Shown: positions 11,372 through 24,977 of the stretch, piece after piece
How positions within the stretch are numbered: the stretch's first letter is position 1
Layout of the letters: every line of letters begins with the position of its first letter
NCBI GenBank assembly: GCA_963575745.1
Contig: CAUYUJ010000237.1
Span: forward strand, 310,001 to 374,000
Source: Prorocentrum cordatum
Lineage: Eukaryota
Reading direction: 5' to 3'
DNA: 64,000 nt
Program-made: the position numbers and the translations under genes
The notes under the pieces: model-generated
Told to the model about the DNA's origin: nothing
What the model saw: only the letters and a program-made list of their open reading frames with translations
The model's database searches: none

Positions 11372-14300
11372 GGGGCATTTGGGGAGCCTCTTGGAGTACT
11401 CTTTGGGACTCCTGGGAGCTTCCTGGGGGCTTCTTGGAGGTTTTTGGGGGGTCTCCATGGGCCTATTGGAAGCCTTTGGGGGTGTCTTGGGTTTTTTGGG
11501 GGCCGTATTCAGGCATTCCTGGCCTGTCTGACGCCGTCGGAGGCCGTCTTGGGGGCTTCTGTGCGGAGGCCATGTTGGGCTTCTTGTAGGCCTCTTGGGA
11601 CCCTCTTGGGGCCGTCTCGGGGGCCTCCTGGGTCTTTATGGAGCCATATTGGAGACCGCAAGGGCAATCTTGAGGCGATCTGGGGTGAATCTTGAGCCGA
11701 CTTGGGCCGTCCGAAGGCCGAAAAGAAGCAACTGCCAAAATCCTCCAACAAGGAAAATCAATGATGTTGGCCTCTTCGGACCTTCCTGGAGGACCTTGGA
11801 GGCTTCTTGGGCGAAATGGGAGGCAACTTGGGCTTTCTTGGGCCATCTTGGAGGCCATTTTGGACCATCTTGAGCGAACTGGAGAACCATCGTGGCCGTG
11901 TTGGAGGCCATCTTGGACCATCGTGGAGCCATCTGGAGCAGGAAAAGCCGTCGCAACGACCTCTGGAAGAGCCTTTCGAGTGGCGGGCGGTATCGGCTGA
12001 AGTTCCAGGGGGAGTTCTGTTGGAAAAGACCCCAGACCAACACCCCAGGACATCTAGCACGCCGAGCACCCCTGTGGCAAGCCAACAGGAGACGGCGGAT
12101 GACGGAAAGAGCGAGGTACGAGCGATGTTCGTTGAGTTGGGGCGAAGCCTTCTCGGGAGGGGTCCAGGGGAGGGGCGAGGCGCGCAAGGATTGGTTGTAA
12201 TGGCCGCGCGGGGGCCGCTTCCTTCTTGTACGTTTTCGAGTGAAGCGGCTCCCGGGCGGCTCCCATGGCCTCTTTCCTCGTATTTGTTCAAATGGAACGA
12301 CCAGAGGGCACCAAGACGTCTGAAGAGGGCCCCGCAACAGCCCAAAGACTGCCCCAAGAGGGCTTCAGATGGCCTCCAGACGGTCCAAGAGAGCTTCGAG
12401 ACGGCTCCAGAGCCTTCCCAGAGGGCTTTCGAGAGGGCCTCAGGAGGCCAAACACATTGATTTCCCTATGGTGTTTGAAGGTTTTTCGGGTTTTTATTTT
12501 CTCGGGCCCAGAAGGGCCCCAGACGGCCCAAGAGGCTCCAAAGCTCGGCCCAAGACGGCCCCAGAGGCCCCCCAAAGGGGCCGACAACGGTCCAAGAGGG
12601 CCCCCAGACGGCCCAAGAGGGCCCAAAAACAGCCCAAGAGGGCCCCAAGAGAGCCCCAAGAGGGCCCCACGAGGCTCCCAAGAGACTCCCAGGGGCGGCC
12701 CGAAGAGGCGGTGTGGGGACTGGGCTGCTTGGGTGTGGGGACTGGGCTGGCCCCAAGACGGCCCAAGAGTCCCAAAACGGCCCTCAAGAGGACCCCCCAG
12801 AGGGCCTCAGGAGGCCAAAATCATTTGTTCTGTCCGATGGTTGTTTCAAGGTTTTTCAGGTTCTCGCCTTTTCGGTCCCAAAAGGGCCCCAGACGGCCCA
12901 AGAGCTCCCGAAGATCGTCCCAAGACGGCCCCAGAGGCCCCAAAAGGGCCCGAAAACTATCCACGAGCGCCCCCCAGACGGCCCACGAGGGCCCCAAGAC
13001 AGCCCAAGAGGGCTTCAAAACGGCCCCACGAGAGCACCAAGATGGCCCCAAGAGGCTCCCAAGAGGGCCTGAAGGGGCTGTGTGGGGACTGGGCCGCTTG
13101 GGTGTGGGGACCTGGCCTGGCCCCAAAAGAGTCCCAAAACGGCCCACAAGGGCTCCCACAAGATTCCGAAGAAGCCCCAGAGACGCATAGGAACACCATG
13201 GCTCCTCACAGCGAGCGGTGACGTAACAAGCTCTGAACACCAAGGCTCCCTAGAGCGCGGTGACGTAAAGAGCTCTGCACAGCAAGGCTCCCAAGAGCCA
13301 TCGGTAACGTAAAAGTCTCTGAGCACCAAGGCTCCCAACAGAGAGCGATGACGCAACAAGCTCTTCACACCAAGGCTCCCCGGAGCCAAGGGTGCCAGGA
13401 GCCTCTCGGGCCACTTCCTGCAGCGCTCTTTCCGTTCCCGTGCCGGCCCAGGTGACGGAAAGAGCGAGGTACGATCGATGTTCGTTGAGTTGGGAGGGGT
13501 CCAGGGGCGAGGCGCGCAAGGATGGGCCGTAATGGCCGCCCGGGGGCCGCTTCCTTCTTGTATGTTTTCGAGTGAAGCGGCTCCCAGGCGGCTCCCATGG
13601 CTTGTTTCTTCGTATTTGTTTAAGTGAAAGGACCAGAGGGCACCAAGACGTCCCAAGAGGGCCCCGCAACGGCCCAAAGACTGCCCCAAGAGGGCTTCAG
13701 ATGGCCTCCAGACGGTCCAAGAGAGCCTCGAGACGGCTCCAGAGGCCTGCCAGAGGGCTTTCGAGAGGGCCTCAGGAGGCCAAAATCATTGATTTACCTA
13801 TGGCTTTTGAAGCTTTTTCGGGTTCTTATTTTCTCGGGCCCAGAAGGGCCCCAGACGGCCCAAGAGGCCCCAAAGCTCGGCCCAAGATGGCCCAAGAGGC
13901 CCCCCTAAAGGGGCCGACAACGGTCCAAGAGGGCCCCAAGAGAGCCCCAAGAGGGCCCCACGAGGCTCCCAAGAGATTCCCAGGGGGGACCCGAAGAGGC
14001 GGTGTGGGGACTGGCCTGCTTGGGTGTGAGGACTGGGCTGGCCCCAAGAGGCCCAAGAGTCCCAAAACGGCCCTCAAGAGGGCCCCCCAGAGGGCCTCAG
14101 GAGGCCAAAATCATTTGTTTTGTCCGATGGTTGTTTCAAGGTTTTTCGGGTTCTCGCCTTTTCGGTCCCAAAAGGGCCCCAGACGGCCCAAGAGCTCCCG
14201 AAGATCGTCCCAAGACGGCCCCAGAGGCCCCAAAAGGGCCCGAAAACTGTCCACGAGCGCCCCCCAGACGCCCCAAGAAGGCTCCAAGACGGCCCAAGAG

Positions 14301-16084
14301 GGCCCCAAAACGGCCCCACGAGAGCACCAAGATGGCCCCAAGAGGCTCCCAAGAGGGCCCGAAGGGGCGGTGTGGGGACTGGGCTGTTTGGGTGTGGGGA
14401 CCTGGCCTGGCCCCAAGACGGCCTGAGAGTCCCAAACCGGCCCACAAGGGCTCCCACAAGCTTCCGAAGAAGCCTCAGAGACGCATAGGAACACCATGGC
14501 TCCTCACAGCGAGCGGTGACGTAACAAGCTCTGAACACCAAGGCTCCCTAGAGCGCGGTGACGTAAAGAGCTCTGCACAGCAAGGCTCCCAAGAGCCAGC
14601 GGTAACGTAAAAGTTTCTGAGCACCAGGGCTCCCAACAGAGAGCGATGACGCAACAAGCTCTTCACACCAAGGCTCCCCGGAGCCAAGGGTGCCAGGAGC
14701 CTCTCGGGCCACTTCCTGCAGCGCTCTTTCCGTTCCCGTGCCGGCCCAGGTGACGGAAAGAGCGAGGCTCGATCGATGTTCGTTGAGTTGGGAGGGGTCC
14801 AGGGGAGGGGCGAGGCGCGCAAGGATGGGCCGTAATGGCCGCCCGGGGGCCGCTTCCTTCTTGTATGTTTTCGAGTGAAGCGGCTCCCAGGCGGCTCCCA
14901 TGGCTTGTTTCTTCGTATTTGTTCAAGTGAAAGGACCAGAGGGCACCAAGACGTCCCAAGAGGGCCCCGCAACGGCCCAAAGACTGCCCCAAGAGGGCTT
15001 CAAATGGCCTCCAGACGATCCAAGAGAGCCTCGAGACGGCTCCAGAGGCCTGCCAGAGGGCTTTCGAGAGGGCCTCAGGAGGCCAAAATCATTGATTTAC
15101 CTATGGCTTTTGCGGCTTTTTCAGGTTCTTATTTTCTCGGGCCCAGAAGGGCCCCAGACGGCCCAAGAGGCCCCAAAGCTCGGCCCAAGACGACCCCAAG
15201 AGGCCCCCCAAAGGGGCCGACAACGGTCCAAGAGGGCCTCCAGACGGCCCAAGAGGGCCCCAAAACAGCCCAAGAGGGCCCCAAGCGGCCCCAAGAGAGC
15301 CCCAAGAGGGCCCCACGAGGCTCCCAAGAGATTCCCAGGGGGGACCCGAAGAGGCGGAGTGGGGACCGGCCTGCTTGGGTGTGGGGACTGGGCTGGCCCC
15401 AAGACGGCCCAAGAGTCCCAAAACGGCCCTCAAGAGGGCTCCCCCGAGAGCCGCAGGAGGCCCAAATCATTTGTTTTGTCCGATGGCTGTTTCAAGGTTT
15501 TTCGGGTTCTCGCCTTTTCGGTCCCAGAAGGGCCCCAGACGGCCCAAGAGCTCCCGAAGATCGTCCCAAGACGGCCCCAGAGGCCCCAAAAGGGCCCGAA
15601 AACTGTTCACGAGCGCCCCCCAGACGGCCCACGAGGGCCCCAAGACGGCCCAAGAGGGCCCCAAAACGGCCCCACGAGAGCACCAAGATGGCCCTAAGAG
15701 GCTCCCAAGAGGGCCCGAAGGGGCGGTGTGGGGACTGGGCTGTTTGGGTGTGGGGACCTGGCCTGGCCCCAAGACGGCCTGAGCGTCCCAAACCGGCCCA
15801 CAAGGGCTCCCAGGGCACCAAGACAAGAGGTCCCAAGAGGGCCCCGCAACAGCCCAAAGACTGCCCCAAGAGGGCTTCAGATGGCCTCCAGACGGTCCAA
15901 GAGAGCCTCGAGACGGCTCCAGAGGCCAGAGGGCTTTCGAGAGGGCTTCAGGAGGCCAATATGGCTTTTGAAGGTTTTTCTGGTTTTTATTTTCTCGGGC
16001 CCAGAAGGGCCCCAGACGGCCCAAGAGGCCCCAAAGCTCGAGGGCCTCAGGAGGCTAAAATCATTTGTTTTGTCCGATGGTTGT

Positions 16085-18726
16085 TCCCCAAACAGCTTGC
16101 TGAACGGGGTGCTGTTTTGATAGAAGCTAACTCCGGCCGAGGGAAGTCGGAGCAGAGACATCCTCACAAAAATTTGATGGTCCGGGCCGTTTCGTTTGAG
16201 ACATCCTCACAACTCTCGTTTCTGAGTTGGCTGGGATTGGCCGTTTCGCCTGAGACATCCTCGACAAGTTGCGTTCCGGGACGCCGCGCGAGAGGTGGTC
16301 CGGCCCGTTTCGCTTGAGACATCCTCGAAATTCTGAGCCCCGAGGTGCCGGAGGTGGTCCGGACCGTTTCGCCTGAGACATCCTCGAAACTCTGAGCTCT
16401 GAGATGCCTTGCGCGAGGTGGTCCGGCCCGTTTTCGCCTGAGACATCCTCGAAACTCTGACCTCGGAGATGCCGCGCGAGAGGTGGTCCGGCCCGTTTCG
16501 CCTGAGATATCTTCGAACTTCTGAGCTCTGAGATGCCCTGCGCGAGGTGGTCCGGCCCGTCTCGCCTGAGACATCCTCGCAACTCTGAGCTCTGAGATGC
16601 CGTGCGCAAGGTGGTCCGGCCTGTTTCGCACAAGACATTCTCGCAACTCTGAGCTCCCAGATGCCGCGCAAGAGGTGGTCCAGCCTGGGGGCCCAGAAGA
16701 CCACATGTTACATATCCCTCCTGGAAGCCCTAGGAGGCCCCAGAGAGCTCCAGGAGGCCGCAGGACGCCCAGGACAGGCCCCAGGTGTCCGCAGGAGATT
16801 CCCAGGAGGCTCCCAGGAGGCCCCAGGAGGCCCCCCATCAGAACGTGTCAAGTTAATACACATCCGGTGTCGATTCGTTGATTTTTCCTGCTCTTGTGCC
16901 CCCCCCCTCCACTTTGAGGGGCCCAAGCGGCCACAGGTTAGATATCCCCCCTGGGAGCCCCAAGAGGCTTCAGGAAACCCCAGGTGGAGTTCAGGAGGCC
17001 ACAGGAGGCCCAGGAGGAAGCCCCAGGAGGTCCCCAGGAGGTCCCAGGAGGCCCCAGGAGGCCCCCGCAACTCGAAGCTTTGAGACGCCGCGCTCGAGGT
17101 GGTCCGGCCCGTTTCGCCTGAGACTTCCTCGCAGCACGTTTCGCCCGAGACATTGGCCCCTCTCGCCTGAGGCATCCTTTCAACTCTAAGCTCTGAGAAG
17201 CCGTGCGCAAGTTGGTCCGGCCCGTTTCGCACAAGACATTCTCGCAACTCTGAGCTCCCAGATGCCGCGCAAGAGGTGGCCCAGCCTGGGGGCCCAGAAG
17301 ACCACATGTTACATATCCCCCCTGGGACCCTGGGAGCCCCAGGAGGCCCCAGAGAGAGAGCTTCAGGAGGCCGCAGGACGCCCAGGACAGGCCCCAGGGG
17401 TCCGAGGAGATTCCCAGAAGGCTCCCAGGAGGCCCCAGGAGGCCCCCTATCAGAACGTGTCAAGTTAATACACATCCGGTGCCGATTCGTTGATTTTTCC
17501 TGCTCCTGTGGCCCCCCCCTCCATTTTGGGGGGCCCCGACGGCCACATGTTAGATATCCCCCTGAGAGCCCCAGGAGGCTTCAGGAAGCCCCAGGTGGGG
17601 TCCAGGAGGCCACAGGAGGCCCAGGAGCAAGCCCCAGGAGGTCACCAGGAGGCCCCTGGAGGCCCCAGGAGGCCCCCGCAACTCGGAGCTCGGAGACGCC
17701 GCGCTCGAGGTGGTCTGGCCTGTTTCGCCTGAGACTTCCTCGCAGCACGTTTCGCCCGAGACATCGTCGCAACTCTGGGGTCCGAGATGCCGCGCGCGAG
17801 GTGGTCCAGCCTGTTTCGCTGGAGACATCCTCGCAACTCTGGGCTCTGGGATGCCCTGCGCGAGGTGGTCTGGCTCATCTCGCCTGAGGCATCCTCGCAA
17901 CTCTGAGCTCTGAGATGCCGTGCGCAAGGTGGTCCGGCCTGTTTCGCACAAGACATTCTCGCAACTCTGAGCTCTCAGATGCTGCGCAAGAGGTGGTCCA
18001 GCCTGGTGGCCCAGAAGACCACATGTTACATATCCCACCTGGGACCCTGGAGCCCCAGGAGGCCCCAGAGAGCTTCAGGAGGCCGCAGGACGCCCAGAAG
18101 GCCCCAGGGGTCCGCAGGAGATTCCCAGGAGGCTCCCAGGAGGCCCCAGGAGGCCCCCTATCAGAACGTGTCAAGCTAATACACATCCGGTGTCGATTCG
18201 TTGATTTTTCCTGCTCTTGTGCCCCCCCCTCCACTTTGAGGGGCCCAAGCGGCCACAGGTTAGATATCCCCCCTGGGAGCCCCAAGAGGCTTCAGGAAGC
18301 CCCAGGCGGGGTCCAGGAGGCCACAGGAGGCCCAGGAGGAAGCCCCAGGAGGTCACCAGGAGGTCCCAGGAGGCCCCAGGAGGCCCCCGCAACTCGGAGC
18401 TTTGAGACGCCGCGCTCGAGGTGGTCTGGCCCGTTTCGCCTGAGACTTCCTCGCAGCACGTTTCGCCCGAGACATCGTCGCAACTCTGGGGTCCGAAATG
18501 CCGCGCGCGAGGTGGTCCAGCCCGTTTCGCCTGAGACATCCTCGCAACTCTGGGCTCCGAGATGCCGTTCGGGATGAAGAGGAGGTGGAGGAGGAGGAGG
18601 AGGAGGAGGAGGAGGAGGCATGTTTTAACATACCATGCCAGCCCGCACTGGACGGGCACGCAATCGACCTTGGAAACCGCAGTGGGTTTAACAACCCTGT
18701 TTGGGGATACTGCACTCCGGCTATCA
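16085..18726 (+). mobile_element. Non-autonomous element with asymmetric subterminal inverted repeats (Helentron/DINE-1-like), filled with ~60-bp repeats and three ~600-700-bp higher-order units
   Basis: TCCCCAAACAG (16085-16095) and CTGTTTGGGGA (18697-18707). It splits the satellite motif GGTTGTTTCAAGG at its T-run. The internal marker ATCAGAACGTGTCAAG occurs three times. Confidence 0.7.
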
Positions 18727-21383
18727 TTTCAAGGTTTTTCGGGTTCTCGCATTTTCGGTCCCAGAAGGGCCCCAGACGGCCCAAAAGCTCCCGAACATCG
18801 CCCCAAGACGGCCCCAGAGGCCCCAAAAGGGCCCGAAAACTGTCCACGAGCGCCCCCCAGACGGCCCAAGAAGGCCTCAAGAGGGCCCCAAAACGGCCCT
18901 ACGAGAGCACCAAGATGGCCCCAAGAGGCTCCCAAGAGGGCCCGAAGGGGCGGTGTGGGGACTGGGCTGCTTGGGTGTGGGGACCTGGCCTGGCCCGAAG
19001 ACGGCCTAAGAGTCCCAAAACGGCCCACAAGGGCTCCCACAAGATTCCGAAGAAGCCGCAGAGACGCATAGAAACACCATGGCTCCTCACAGCGAGCGGT
19101 GACGTAACAAACTCTGAACACCAAGGCTCCCTAGAGCGCGGTGACGTAAAGAGCTCTGCACAGCAAGGCTCCCGAGAGCCAGCGGTAACGTAAAAGTCTC
19201 TGAGCACCAGGGCTCCCAACAGAGAGCGTTGACACAACAAGCTCTTCACACCAAGGCTCCCCAGAGCCAAGGGTGCCAGGAGCCTCTCGGGCCACTTCCT
19301 GCAGCGCTCTTTCCATTCCCGTGCCGGCCCAGGTGACGGAAAGAGCGAGGTGTGATCGATGTTCGTTGAGTTGGGAGGGGTCCAGGGGAGGGGCGAGGCG
19401 CGCAAGGATGGGCCGTAATGGCCGCCCGGGGGCCGCTTCCTTCTTGTATGTTTTCGAATGAAGCGGCTCCCGGGCGGCTCCCATGGCCTGTTTCCTCGTA
19501 TTTGTTCAAGTGGAACGACCAGAGGGCACCAAGACGTCCCAAGAGGGCCCCGCAACGGCCCAAAGACTGCCCCAAGAGGGCTTCAAATGGCCTCCAGACG
19601 GTCCAAGAGAGCCTCGAGACGGCTCCAGAGGCCTGCCAGAGGGCTTTCGAGAGGGCCTCAGGAGGCCAAAATCATTGATTTACCTATGGCTTTGCGGCTT
19701 TTTCGGGTTCTTATTTTCTCGGGTCCAGAAGGGCCCCAGACGGCCCAAGAGGCCAAAGCTCGGCCCAAGCCCCCCAAAGGGGCCGACAACGGTCCAAGAG
19801 GGCCCCCAGACGGCCCAAGAGGGCCCAAAAACAGCCCAAGAGGGCCCCAAGAGAGTCCCAAGAGGGCCCCACGAGGCTCCCAAGAGACTCCCAGGGGGGG
19901 CCCGAAGAGGCGGTGTGGGGACTGGGCTGCTTGGGTGTGGGGACTGGGCTGGCCCCAAGACGGCCTAAGAGTCCCAAAATGGCCCTCAAGAGGGCCCCCC
20001 AGAGGGCCTCAGGGGGTCAAAATCATTTGTTTAGTCCGATGGTTGTTTCAAGGTTTTTGGAGTTCTCGCCTTTTCGGTCCCAGAAGGGCCCCAGACGGCC
20101 CAAGAGCTCCCGAAGATCGTCCCAAGACGGCCCCAAAGGCCCCCTAAGAGCCCGAAAACTCCACGAGCGCCCCCCAGACGGCCCACGAGGGCCCCAAGAC
20201 TGCCCAAGAGGGCCCCAAAACGGCCCTACGAGAGCACCAAGATGGCCCCAAGAGGCTCCCAAGAGGGCCCGAAGGGGCGGTGTGAGGACTGGGCTGCTTG
20301 GGTGTGGGGACTTGGCCTGGCCCCAAGACGGCCTAAGAGTCCCAAAACGGCCCACAAGGGCTCCCACAAGATTCCGAAGAAGCCGCAGAGACGCATAGAA
20401 ACACCATGGCTCCTCACAGCGAGCGGTGACGTAACAAACTCTGAACACCAAGGCTCCCTAGAGCGCGGTGACGTAAAGAGCTCTGCACAGCAAGGCTCCC
20501 AAGAGCGAGCGGTAACGTAAATGTCTTTGAACACCAGGGCTCCCAACAGAGAGCGATGACGCAGCAAGCTCTTCACGCCAAGGCTCCCCAGAGCCAAGGG
20601 TGCCAGGAGCCTCTCGGGCCATCTCCTGCAGCGCTCTTTCCGTTCCCGTGCCGACCCAGGTGACGGAAAGAGTGAGGTACGATCGTTGAGTTGGGAGGGG
20701 TCCAGGGGAGGGGCGAGGCGCGCAAGGATGGGTTGTAATGGCCGCCCGGGGGGCGCTTCCTTTTTGTACGTTTTCGAGTGAAGCGGCTCCCGGGCGGCTC
20801 CCATGGCCTCTTTCCTTGTATTTGTTCAAGTGGAACGACCAGAGGGCACCAAGACGTCTGAAGAGGGCCCCGCAACGGCCCAAACACTGCCCCAAGAGGG
20901 CTTCAGATGGCCTCCAGACGATCCAAGAAAGCCTCGAGACGGCTCCAGAGGCCTTCCAGAGGGCTTTCGAGAGGGCCTCAGGAGGCCAAAAACATTGATG
21001 TCCCTATGGTGTTTGAAGGTTTTTCGGGTTCTTATTTTCTCGGGCCCAGAAAGGCCCCAGACGGCCCAAGAGGCCCCAAAGCTCGGCCCAAGACGACCCC
21101 AGAGGCCCCCCAAAGGAGCCGACAACGGTCCAAGAGGGCCTCCAGACGGCCCCAAAGGCCCAAAAATACACCAAGAGGGCCCCAAGAGAGCCCCAAGAGG
21201 GCCCCACGAGACTCCCAAGAGATTCCCAGGGGGGCCCGAAGAGGCGGTGTGGGGACTGGGCTGCTTGGGTGTGGGGACTGGGCTGGCCCCAAGACGGCCC
21301 AAGAGTCCCAAAACGGCCTCAAGAAGGACCCCCAGAGAGCCTCAGGAGGCCAACAACATTGTTTTTCCTATGATTGAGTAAAA

Positions 21384-22036
21384 GCATCCCAGTGCGACCC
21401 TACCTAGGAGTTGGAGCATCTAGGAAAGCAGTATCTACATCTACACCGACAGCTACATTAACATCTACACCTGCATCTACATCCACATCTACATCTACAC
21501 CTACATCTACATCTACATATATCTCGGCATCTGTCGCACATTGCTTTTGCTTTGTCGTTCCTTTGCTTTGCTTGTGCTTTTGTTTTGCTTTGCTTTGCGT
21601 TGCTTGTGTTTTGTTTTGCTGCCGCTGCTGTTGCTTTGCCTCTGCTGTGCTGCTATGCTGTGCTGCGCTGCGCTGTGCTATGCTGTGCTGTGCTGTGCTG
21701 CGCTATGCTATGCTATGATATGCTGCGCTATGATATGATATGCTGTGTTGCGCTATGTTATGCTACGCTATGCTATGATGTGCTCTGTTATGCTAAAGCT
21801 CAGCGAAGCTAAGATGAAGGTAAGCTAAGCTATGATAAGCCTGAGCTAAGATGAATTTTAGCTAAGCTGAGATGAAATATGCTAGGCTAAGACGAGATAA
21901 GCAACGCTAAGCTAAGGGGACGTAACTGGGGGAACCGCGGGGCGGATGCCGGGGGAACCGCCTGGGGCGGTTTACACTGCCCGGCCCTTTAAGCACACAG
22001 GGTAAGAACCCTTCTAGGCAGAGCCTAGGTAGGGAA
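21384..22036 (-). mobile_element. Helentron/DINE-1-like non-autonomous element carrying (CATCTA)n/(GCTAT)n/(GCTAA)n microsatellites
   Basis: CCCTACCTAGG (21398-21408) and CCTAGGTAGGG (22024-22034); hairpin CTAGGC-AGA-GCCTAG at 22014-22028. Confidence 0.6.
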
Positions 22037-23611
22037 CTTAGGGGGGGTCCGCCTTTTCGGTCCCAGAAGGGCCCCAGAAGGCCCTCGAGGCCCCAAAGAT
22101 CGCCCCAAGACGGCCCCAGAGGCCCCAAGACAGCCCAAGAGGGCCCCAAGACGGCCCCACGAGAGCACCAAGATAAGATGACCCCAAGAGGCTCCCAAGA
22201 GGGCCCGAAGAGGCGTCTCGGAGACTGGGCTGCTTGGGTGTGGGGACTGGCCTGGCCCCAAGACTGCCCAAGAGGGCCCCAAAACGGCCCCAAAGGGCCC
22301 CCAACAGACTCCCAAGAAGCCCCAGAGACGCATAGGAACGCCATGGCTCCCCACAGCGAGAGATGACGTAAAAAGCTCTGAACACCAAGGCTCCCTAGAG
22401 CGCGGTGACGTAAAGAGCTCTGAACAGCAAGTCTCCCAAGAGCGAGCGGCAACGTAAAAGTTTCTGACCACCAGGGCTCCCAACAGAGAGCGATGACGCA
22501 ACAAGCTCTTCACGCCAAGGCTCCCCAGAGCGAAGAGTGCCATGAGCCATCGCGGGCCAGTTCCTGCAGCGCTCTTTCCGTTCCCGTGCTTGCCCAGGTG
22601 ACGGAAAGAGCGAGGTACGAGTGATGACGTTCAGTTGGGGCGAAGCCCTCTAGGGAGGGGTCCGTTTTCCATCGTTTTTCGATTGAAGCGGCTCCCGGGC
22701 GGCTCCCATAGCCCGTGTCTTCGTATTTTGTTCGGATGAAGCGGCCCAAGGACCCCAAGACGGCCCAAGAGGGCCCCAAGACGGCCCCAAAAGAGCTTCA
22801 GATGGCTGCTAGACTGTCCAAGAGAGTCTCGAGACGGCCCCAGAGGCCCTCAAGAGGGCCCAAAACGGCCCAAGAGGCCCCAAAGATCGTCCCAAGACGG
22901 CCCCAGAGGCGCATCAAACGGGCCCAAAAAAGGTCAAAGAGGGCCGCCAGACTGGCCCCAGACGGCCCGCGAGGCCCCAAAGATCGCCCCAAGACGGCCC
23001 CAGGGGCACCCCAAAGGAGCCCAAAACGGCCTAGCCTGGCCCCCAGACGGCCCAAGAGGGCCCCAATACGGCCAAGAGGGCCCCCAGGGCCCTAAGAGAG
23101 CCCAAGACGGCCCCAATAGGTTCCCAAGCGGGCCCGAAGAGGAGGGGACGGAGGAGGAGGAGGAGGAGGAGGAGGAGGAGGAGGAGGAGGAGGAGGAGGA
23201 GGAGGAACGACGACGACGCCAAGGGAGGAGGAGGGAGGTAGAAGGAGGAGGAGGAGGAGGAGGAGGAGGAGGAGGAGGAGGAGGAGGAGGGAAAGGAGGG
23301 AAAGGAGGGAAAGGAGGAGGAGGAGGAGGAGAAAGAGGAGGAGAAAGAGGAGGAGAAAGAGGAGGAGGAGAAATTGGACGAAGAGGGGGAGGGGGAGGAG
23401 GAGGAGGAGGTGGAGGAGGAGGACAAAGAGGAGGAGGAAGAAGCCCTTGGGCCTGCAGCGGTCGGCGCCCACCATCGAATCGCGATCGGGGTCAGTTCGG
23501 CGCATGCCGCCCGACCAGATCCAGGCGATCGAGCAGGGCCGATCCGCGTGCGGCCAGGGCGCACGCGCGTCTCGGTGAGCCATAGCGAGCTCCAGCGACC
23601 GCGCTCGTGCA

Positions 23612-24772
23612 GTGCGAGCCCGTCATCGGCCAGACAGAGAACCAGCTTGGCATCGGCGGCTCAGAGCGAAGCGAGGACTAGCCAGAGTCCTCCTGCGGCT
23701 GTCCGACGCCAGAGCCCTCCTCAAGACTCACCACAGCAGCGGCAACATGGGGAAGGGCGGCAAGGACGAGAGCAGCAAGAAAGGGAAGGGCCACGAGAAG
23801 CAGAAGTCTCCCGCGGCCCACGCATGGAATTGTAAATCGTATAAGGCACAGGTCTCACTGAACCTCGAGTGGCGCTGGCAGTGCGGTGGCCATTGGCAGG
23901 CTACCCCAGCGAGCACAGGCGATCAGCCAGAGGAGTCGAAGCCGCCCTGGGCGGCAGGCGACAAGGCAGCGGGAAGCAAGGGCCTCTCGCCAATGAAGCA
24001 GGAGGGCGCTGCAGCTGGACCCCAGCTAGGCCCCACCATTCAGACGCTTCAGCAAGCAGTTGACCAGGTCGGGCGCCTCGACCTCCCAGCAGAAGCCCAG
24101 AAGCAGCTCCTCGACCCGCTCAACGGTGTGTTGAACGAGGTGCGGGCCAAGCGGGACGCGCAGAAGACCCCGACACAGCTGATCCAGGCGAACACACAGC
24201 GACTGAAAGGCAAGATGAAGATCACCGAGGTGAAAGAGAAGGGTGTTGCACAACTCCGAGAGCAACTAGAAGCAGCACGTACGAGGGTTTCTGATATTGA
24301 AGAGAAGATATCCAATGATGATGCGTTATTGGCCACGGCGCGCGCTGAGGTTCAAACCCTCCAGGTAGAGCAGAACGAACTAATCCGACAGCACCAGCAG
24401 CCCACCCCAGCGCCCCAAGCGGCCGCGGCCAGTTTCTGCGCCGTGAAGACGGCGCTGGAGTCAATAGGCATGGCGACGGCGGGCGACCAGCACTTGGTGT
24501 CGGCGTTCCAGGCGTTGGCGGCGGCGCTGTCGGCGAACCAGGCAGCCCCTCTCGAAGTGCAACCAGCGGGAGATCCAGGACCAGCGCCACTTGCCCAAGC
24601 CCCAGGGCCAGCGGCCCCGCAGGCGCAGCCAGAGATGCCAGCGGCAGCAGCAGGTGGACCCGCGAACATGAAGCTGGGCGGCAGCGGAGTGGCAGCGAGC
24701 GCGCCACAACCAGCAGCAGACCAAGGAGGCGGAGCAGGTGGCGCAGGGGGCCCGCGAGGCGGGCGCCTCTGA
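23612..24772 (+). CDS. LINE ORF1 (gag-like): Arg-rich N-terminal motif, degenerate zinc finger, coiled coil
   Basis: 386-aa open frame homologous to the ORF1 of copy 2 (EPAWHRR; WxC..WQCGxHW; RAxRDxxKTP). First ATG at 23747. Confidence 0.7.
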   Translation: MRARHRPDREPAWHRRLRAKRGLARVLLRLSDARALLKTHHSSGNMGKGGKDESSKKGKGHEKQKSPAAHAWNCKSYKAQVSLNLEWRWQCGGHWQATPASTGDQPEESKPPWAAGDKAAGSKGLSPMKQEGAAAGPQLGPTIQTLQQAVDQVGRLDLPAEAQKQLLDPLNGVLNEVRAKRDAQKTPTQLIQANTQRLKGKMKITEVKEKGVAQLREQLEAARTRVSDIEEKISNDDALLATARAEVQTLQVEQNELIRQHQQPTPAPQAAAASFCAVKTALESIGMATAGDQHLVSAFQALAAALSANQAAPLEVQPAGDPGPAPLAQAPGPAAPQAQPEMPAAAAGGPANMKLGGSGVAASAPQPAADQGGGAGGAGGPRGGRL

Positions 24773-24977
24773 TCCGCTAAGGGGGGGGGGGGGGGGGCGG
24801 TCGCCGCGGCGGAGCCGTTCGCGCGAGCAGCGCGAGGCGGCCGTGAGAGCACGGGATTCGGAGAAGCCCTGACCGCCCCCCTGGGATTTTAGTAACGAGC
24901 GTTTCGCGTCTGGGCCTGCGTCTGGGGATGCGGGGCCCACCAGCGAGGCCCACGGCGTCAGAGCCGCCCAGCGGGGG

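Larger units (their letters stand above)
12101..23135 (+). repeat. ~1.3-kb tandem satellite (about 6 units) interrupted by nested insertions
   Basis: Marker GACGGAAAGAG(C/T)GAGG at 12101, 13454, 14752, 19335, 20662 and 22600. The units are near-identical and CCCAAG-rich. Confidence 0.9.
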
